DNA from: Escherichia coli
GTDB lineage: Bacteria > Pseudomonadota > Gammaproteobacteria > Enterobacterales > Enterobacteriaceae
Assembly (NCBI RefSeq): GCF_003334255.1
Contig: NZ_QOWU01000131.1
Direction: 5' to 3' (one strand)
Length of the DNA stretch: 2,698 nt
The position numbers and the translations under genes are program-made. Each line of letters opens with the position of its first letter. Position 1 is the first letter of the stretch. Below are positions 1 through 2,698 of this stretch, in pieces. The notes under the pieces are model-generated. The model searched no databases. It was given only the letters and a program-made list of their open reading frames with translations, and had not been told where the DNA came from.

Positions 1-174
1 GCGTATCACGCGCAATACGACCCCAAATAAAGCAACCTGCCTTCCACCCCTCAATTCGGGCGCCCTTCCCTCGTCGCCTGCGCACTGCAATTGCCTCGTT
101 TTTCGTGCACCGTGCAAACCGGCCTCAGCCAGCGCCGTTACTGGGCTGAATGGGGATGAAACACATAAGAAAAA

Positions 175-819
175 TTGTGCAATTTCGTGCGCTTTTGTGC
201 ATTTTTTATCTTGCGATTTTTGGGGGTGGGTGGTGATGATAATCATCTGTCTGAATCAGTGGTGTATTGCCGGGTGAGAACTGTGAAAAATTACTCATAT
301 CCTTATTTAACTTTTGTCACGCTTTCTGTTTTGGGGGGGATTTTTCTTTTTATTTGGTGGCGAAACGATGTTTACAGAATTACCTACCTTTATTCGTTCA
401 CGACAAACTGCCTTGTTTCAGTGTCTGTGGTGCTTTCGGTTTTTGTCTCACTGTGCCTGTTGAAAAAGAACCTGGTTGATCGGTCTAAATTTACCGGGGT
501 TACATCGTATCTTAAGTTTTTTTCGGGTATGTGCCTTCTTACCTGGATGATTCTGTTTACCCTCCTGGTTACGCTGATATATTTTCTTCCGGGTGAAGAT
601 TCATTCTATTCCGCTCCCTATGAGTACAGTCGCGGTAGCTCAAAAAGTTGTTCAGGGGCATTTGTTGATGATCCTGATTTGCAAAAAACAATCTTTATTT
701 GCTACCCATACGGTGACTATCAGGATGGTAATGTGATTTATGTGAAGAAGCGTGTGAATGCGCTGGGTGCGGTGGTCACCTATGCATACGCGACAAGCGG
801 CCGATTTCGGTTTGACTGA
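175..819 (+). CDS. putative small multi-pass membrane protein (hypothetical); start codon uncertain
   Basis: Frame open for 214 codons with stop TGA at 817-819. Translation shows three hydrophobic stretches (YLTFVTLSVLGGIFLFIWW, LVSVSVVLSVFVSLCLL, CLLTWMILFTLLVTLIYFL) followed by a ~75-aa Tyr/Phe-rich hydrophilic C-terminal region. No in-frame ATG until 529-531; candidate starts are TTG 175 (no SD) and GTG 283 (weak SD-like GGGTGAG at 272-278). Composition is T-rich and A-poor: by hand count, G+C is 22/60 in 301-360 and 23/60 in 361-420, versus 32/60 in 1981-2040. That bias suppresses stop codons, so the N-terminal half could be open by chance; a second frame (267-479) is also open here. Confidence 0.4.
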   Translation: MCNFVRFCAFFILRFLGVGGDDNHLSESVVYCRVRTVKNYSYPYLTFVTLSVLGGIFLFIWWRNDVYRITYLYSFTTNCLVSVSVVLSVFVSLCLLKKNLVDRSKFTGVTSYLKFFSGMCLLTWMILFTLLVTLIYFLPGEDSFYSAPYEYSRGSSKSCSGAFVDDPDLQKTIFICYPYGDYQDGNVIYVKKRVNALGAVVTYAYATSGRFRFD

Positions 820-833
820 AAAAAGAAATCCTG

Positions 834-859
834 TGTTACCCTCGCTGCTGAGGGTAACA
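834..859 (-). terminator. putative intrinsic terminator hairpin between convergent genes
   Basis: Perfect inverted repeat TGTTACCCTC (834-843) / GAGGGTAACA (850-859) around a 6-nt loop GCTGCT. It lies 10 nt downstream of the stop of the last minus-strand gene (869-871). On the minus-strand transcript the stem is followed by CAGGA and then UUUCUUUUUU (828-819). On the plus strand there is an A-tract before the stem and no U-tract after it, so plus-strand function is doubtful. The 5-nt spacer before the U-tract is not ideal. Confidence 0.5.
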
Positions 860-868
860 TGCGTGAAG

Positions 869-1186
869 TCATCGCCCGGTTCTTGAGCTGATAATGCTTT
901 GCGTCAGCAGCTGCCAGCCCTCTTTCTGTTGCCCGTACTTGTCCTGATACCTGTTTACCTGCAAGTTTCCGTGCACCAGAATCAGATCGCCTTTTCTGTG
1001 TTTTGCCAGTTCTTCGTGCTGCTTCCCGAATGAAATAAGGTAAAGCCACATTGTGGTTGGCTGTTCTGCGCCATGGCAGGGTAGTGATACCGCCAGTTGT
1101 GCCGTTGTGACGTTGGTTCCTTTGGTTGTTCTCCTTGTGTTCGGGTCTGCTGCCAGTCGTCCATCTGTTGCAACCTGTGTTGGCAT
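869..1186 (-). CDS. single-stranded DNA-binding protein-like OB-fold protein, short form without C-terminal acidic tail
   Basis: ATG at 1186-1184 is preceded by GGGAGA (1197-1192); stop TGA at 871-869. The 105-aa translation aligns by eye with the OB-fold core of E. coli SSB recalled from memory: VATDGRLAADPNTRR against VILVGNLGQDPEVRY, and WLYLISFGKQHEELAKHRKGDLILVHGNLQVNRYQDKYGQQK against [43 protein letters not shown]. The protein ends right after the OB domain, with no Gly/Gln/Pro linker and no acidic DDDIPF-type tip. This is fold-level resemblance only and has not been searched. Confidence 0.6.
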   Translation of the reverse strand: MPTQVATDGRLAADPNTRRTTKGTNVTTAQLAVSLPCHGAEQPTTMWLYLISFGKQHEELAKHRKGDLILVHGNLQVNRYQDKYGQQKEGWQLLTQSIISSRTGR

Positions 1187-1218
1187 ATTTGTCTCCCGTG
1201 TTGGTTTTATTGTTGGGG

Positions 1219-1557
1219 TTAGATGACTGGCAGCTCTTCGCCAGCGCCGTAGATAAACAGAATTCTCTTCATGATTTCGCTGCGCTTGCAGGCTTCAATT
1301 ACGGACGGCTCTTGTTGCCATTCTGCCCGTTGCGCCAGCTCCAGTCGTTCCTTTTCCGTTGGCTTCCGGTAATGCGTTATCTTGTCCGTGTACCCGTCCA
1401 CAACCAGCAGCCCTTCGCGTACCATCTTTCCGGCGGCCTGATTAATGATGGTCCTTTTCACGCCCAGTTTTTCAACCAGCTCTGGTGCGCTGAAGCGTGC
1501 GTGCGTTTCCAGGTAGCGTAAAATGATTACCTTTCCGGTCATTCTGGGTGTCTTCAT
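1219..1557 (-). CDS. putative winged-helix / HTH DNA-binding protein (hypothetical regulator)
   Basis: ATG at 1557-1555 is preceded by a perfect AAGGAG (1570-1565) with a 7-nt spacer, and overlaps the upstream stop as ATGA. Stop TAA at 1221-1219. The 112-aa product begins MKTPRMTGKVIILRYLE. The segment SAPELVEKLGVKRTIINQAAGKMVREGLLVV looks like an HTH recognition helix plus wing, as in Lrp/MarR-like regulators. The ORF track extends the frame to an ATG at 1626, but that start lacks an SD and lies inside the upstream gene. Confidence 0.65.
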   Translation of the reverse strand: MKTPRMTGKVIILRYLETHARFSAPELVEKLGVKRTIINQAAGKMVREGLLVVDGYTDKITHYRKPTEKERLELAQRAEWQQEPSVIEACKRSEIMKRILFIYGAGEELPVI

Positions 1558-1724
1558 TTGGCGGCTCCTTCGTTGTTCCGGCGTTCGCGGAGTTCGGTCA
1601 GTGCTGCCAGTAAATTTTCCCACCATGTTTCTTCCACAACCGGATTTCGTCGTGAAAGCAGCTGCTGCGCCGACTCAATCATTTTCGTAAGCTCTTTGTC
1701 GCTGATCCTCCTGATGTCGTTCAT
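1554..1724 (-). CDS. hypothetical small helical protein (56 aa)
   Basis: ATG at 1724-1722 is preceded by a perfect AAGGAG (1736-1731) with a 6-nt spacer. Stop TGA at 1556-1554 overlaps the start of the next gene (ATGA at 1557-1554), implying translational coupling. Product MNDIRRISDKELTKMIESAQQLLSRRNPVVEETWWENLLAALTELRERRNNEGAAK is charged and predicted helical. An alternative longer start at ATG 1763 has only a weak, distant SD. Confidence 0.55.
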   Translation of the reverse strand: MNDIRRISDKELTKMIESAQQLLSRRNPVVEETWWENLLAALTELRERRNNEGAAK

Positions 1725-1772
1725 GGTGTGCTCCTTCGGTTTGCTGTTTCTGGTCATGTTCATGGTCTTTTG

Positions 1773-2177
1773 TTACCTGCGTGATTGCCTGCTGGCGGCC
1801 GAATGCACATAGCGGACAATTGCCGCTTTTCGGTTAACGACGGCCAGCGTTCTTGCCAGTTCTTCGTTGAGTTTTCTGGTCTGTTTTTCGTGGTATGCCT
1901 GCATGATTTTTCCTACGGGAGTCAGTGGTTCAGGCTCTGATATGGCGCGACGAGGGCGCACGGCAACGATGAATGCGCTTCTGTCGGTGTTGGTTCTTGC
2001 AGTCAGGATGTCTGTCATGACGGTATCTGTGCTGCGATCGGGGTTTGCGATCGTGATCTCCAGTTCGTCGCCTGGCTGTGGTCGAACACTGACGCCGCTC
2101 AGCGTCAGTGCCGGAATGCGTCCACTCATGATGGCGCTGAAATCATGGCGCTGGAGTACACAATGGAATCGTGTCAT
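1773..2177 (-). CDS. hypothetical protein (134 aa)
   Basis: ATG at 2177-2175 is preceded by GGAGGTGA (minus strand, about 2192-2185) and overlaps the stop of the upstream ORF (ATGA at 2177-2174). Stop TAA at 1775-1773. Codon usage is consistent with the rest of the operon. I recognise no family. Confidence 0.65.
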   Translation of the reverse strand: MTRFHCVLQRHDFSAIMSGRIPALTLSGVSVRPQPGDELEITIANPDRSTDTVMTDILTARTNTDRSAFIVAVRPRRAISEPEPLTPVGKIMQAYHEKQTRKLNEELARTLAVVNRKAAIVRYVHSAASRQSRR

Positions 2178-2698
2178 GGGTTCACCTCCGGTTGATCTGC
2201 TGCCACCAGGCTTCGTGATTTCTCATCCCAGTGCACAATCCGCCCGTCAGGCAGGCGAACGCGTGCACCTCTGTGTACGGAAAGTGCTGCGCCACTGTGT
2301 AGCTCCTCGCCCGTCGCGCTCAGTGCCGACTTGATTACGGTGGTGGTGACGTCAGTCAGCGGCAATGCTGTACGCACATGTATGACGTCATCGGGTGTGG
2401 TGGGGCCGCCGGTTTTCACGGTTTTTGTGTCAGATGGCGCATCTTTCAGCTGCCTGGTGAGTTGTTTTCGCTCTGTGGGGGTCAGTGACCTTAACCACTC
2501 ACCCAAATCACCTCCCGGGACGACCAGTTTTTGTTCTTTCCTGGTTTCCGGTGGTGGGTTTTTACCCTCTCCGGTGTCTGTTTTTTCATCATGGGGACAG
2601 TTATTGCCACGAGTCCAAGGTGCGGCGAAGCCGCCCCCAACGTCAAAATCCTCGTCCGTGCTGTTGTCGGCTTTCGCTTCTTTTCTGACCAGTTTCCA
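2174..2698 (-). CDS. C-terminal part of a larger hypothetical protein, 5' end beyond the window; alternatively a 110-aa protein from internal TTG 2506
   Basis: I translated this minus-strand frame by hand from 2698 to the TGA at 2176-2174 and found no stop. Codon usage is enterobacterial-like (all Lys as AAA, Leu mostly CTG). The off-window N-terminal side is a Lys/Glu/Gly/Pro-rich segment (...DEDFDVGGGFAAPW...EKTDTGEGKNPPPETRKEQK...), followed by a ~110-aa C-terminal region. A TTG at 2506-2504 sits 4 nt after GGGAGGTGA (2516-2508), so an internal or alternative start is possible. The other minus frame, also open to the edge, is rich in rare Arg codons and was rejected. Confidence 0.55.
   Translation of the reverse strand, partial: WKLVRKEAKADNSTDEDFDVGGGFAAPWTRGNNCPHDEKTDTGEGKNPPPETRKEQKLVVPGGDLGEWLRSLTPTERKQLTRQLKDAPSDTKTVKTGGPTTPDDVIHVRTALPLTDVTTTVIKSALSATGEELHSGAALSVHRGARVRLPDGRIVHWDEKSRSLVAADQPEVNP

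Noticed and set aside
1-246. Minus-strand frame open from ATG 246-244 leftward past the window start (possible divergent gene)
   Set aside because: No SD before the ATG, several rare AGG codons, and an Arg-rich low-complexity translation. The openness is plausibly caused by the C-rich composition. Not excluded; it needs the upstream sequence.
267-479. Second plus-strand ORF (70 aa) in the T-rich region
   Set aside because: It overlaps the 175-819 frame. A-poor composition makes stops rare in every plus frame here, so this is probably a compositional artefact. It also weakens confidence in the N-terminal half of the 175-819 ORF.
1003-1017. Exact 15-bp direct repeat TTGCCAGTTCTTCGT, also at 1853-1867
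   Set aside because: Both copies lie in the same relative codon phase of two different minus-strand genes and encode EELAK and EELAR with the same common codons. The flanks do not match. Best explained as coding coincidence rather than a repeat element.
780-1049. Minus-strand ORF (89 aa) overlapping the SSB-like gene in another frame
   Set aside because: It runs through the terminator hairpin and into the end of the plus-strand ORF, has an Arg-rich translation and no SD. The SSB-like frame has the RBS and the recognisable fold.
982-1173. Minus-strand ORF (63 aa) nested in the SSB-like gene
   Set aside because: Alternative frame inside a better-supported gene. Gln/Trp-rich translation and no independent evidence.
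1126-1521. Plus-strand ORF (131 aa) from the track
   Set aside because: It lies entirely antisense to the well-supported 112-aa and SSB-like minus-strand genes, has no SD, and its translation is Leu/Pro-rich and low-complexity. It is most likely a shadow ORF.
1725-1763. Longer version of the small gene starting at ATG 1763 (MNMTRNSKPKEHT extension)
   Set aside because: The perfect AAGGAG SD sits 6 nt before the ATG at 1724, inside this extension. The ATG at 1763 has only a weak, distant AGGT. The shorter start was preferred, and the extension treated as 5' leader.
1558-1812. Plus-strand ORF (84 aa)
   Set aside because: Antisense to the 56-aa gene and to the 3' end of the 134-aa gene, with no RBS and a Ser/Phe-rich translation. 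Shadow ORF.
2036-2058. Cluster of three GATC (Dam) sites within 23 bp
   Set aside because: It lies inside the 134-aa coding sequence and is fully explained by the codons for E-I-T-I-A-N-P-D-R. There is no adjacent promoter-like context. A regulatory role cannot be excluded but is not supported.
1867-2334. Plus-strand ORF (155 aa)
   Set aside because: Antisense to the 134-aa gene and the large ORF, which have strong SD sites and coupling. No RBS. Shadow ORF.
2485-2688. Plus-strand ORF (67 aa)
   Set aside because: Antisense to the open minus-strand frame. Its translation is Pro/Arg/Cys-rich and gene-unlike.
2494-2698. Second minus-strand frame open from the window edge down to the TAA at 2493-2491
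   Set aside because: My hand translation is rich in rare Arg codons (CGG, AGG, CGA) plus GGA, ATA and AAG, whereas the overlapping frame that continues into the 110-aa ORF uses AAA and CTG in enterobacterial fashion. The latter was taken as coding.
1-2698. Scan for CRISPR repeats, tRNA or rRNA, and IS terminal inverted repeats
   Set aside because: No regularly spaced direct repeats, no cloverleaf-like tRNA sequence and no terminal inverted-repeat pairs were seen by eye. This is not definitive without tRNAscan or a CRISPR finder.

Overview
This 2.7 kb window holds a tightly packed minus-strand operon (read from 2698 down to 869) and one convergent plus-strand ORF, separated by a hairpin. The operon has five ORFs: the C-terminal part of a larger protein that enters from beyond the window end, a 134-aa protein of unknown function, a 56-aa predicted helical protein, a 112-aa winged-helix-like DNA-binding protein, and a 105-aa SSB-like OB-fold protein with no C-terminal tail. 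Each gene has a strong Shine-Dalgarno site, and two junctions are ATGA stop/start overlaps. The operon ends 10 nt before a perfect 10-bp inverted repeat (834-859). On the other side lies a T-rich, A-poor plus-strand ORF (175-819) encoding a putative small multi-pass membrane protein with an uncertain start. The first ~170 bp look non-coding, with C>G strand skew and short palindromes. I recognise no rRNA, tRNA, CRISPR array or IS/transposon ends. The overall look is an early or replication-type module of a prophage or other mobile element next to an accessory gene of different composition, but that is inference: I could not assign any protein to a named family beyond general fold-level resemblance, and nothing here was searched against a database.
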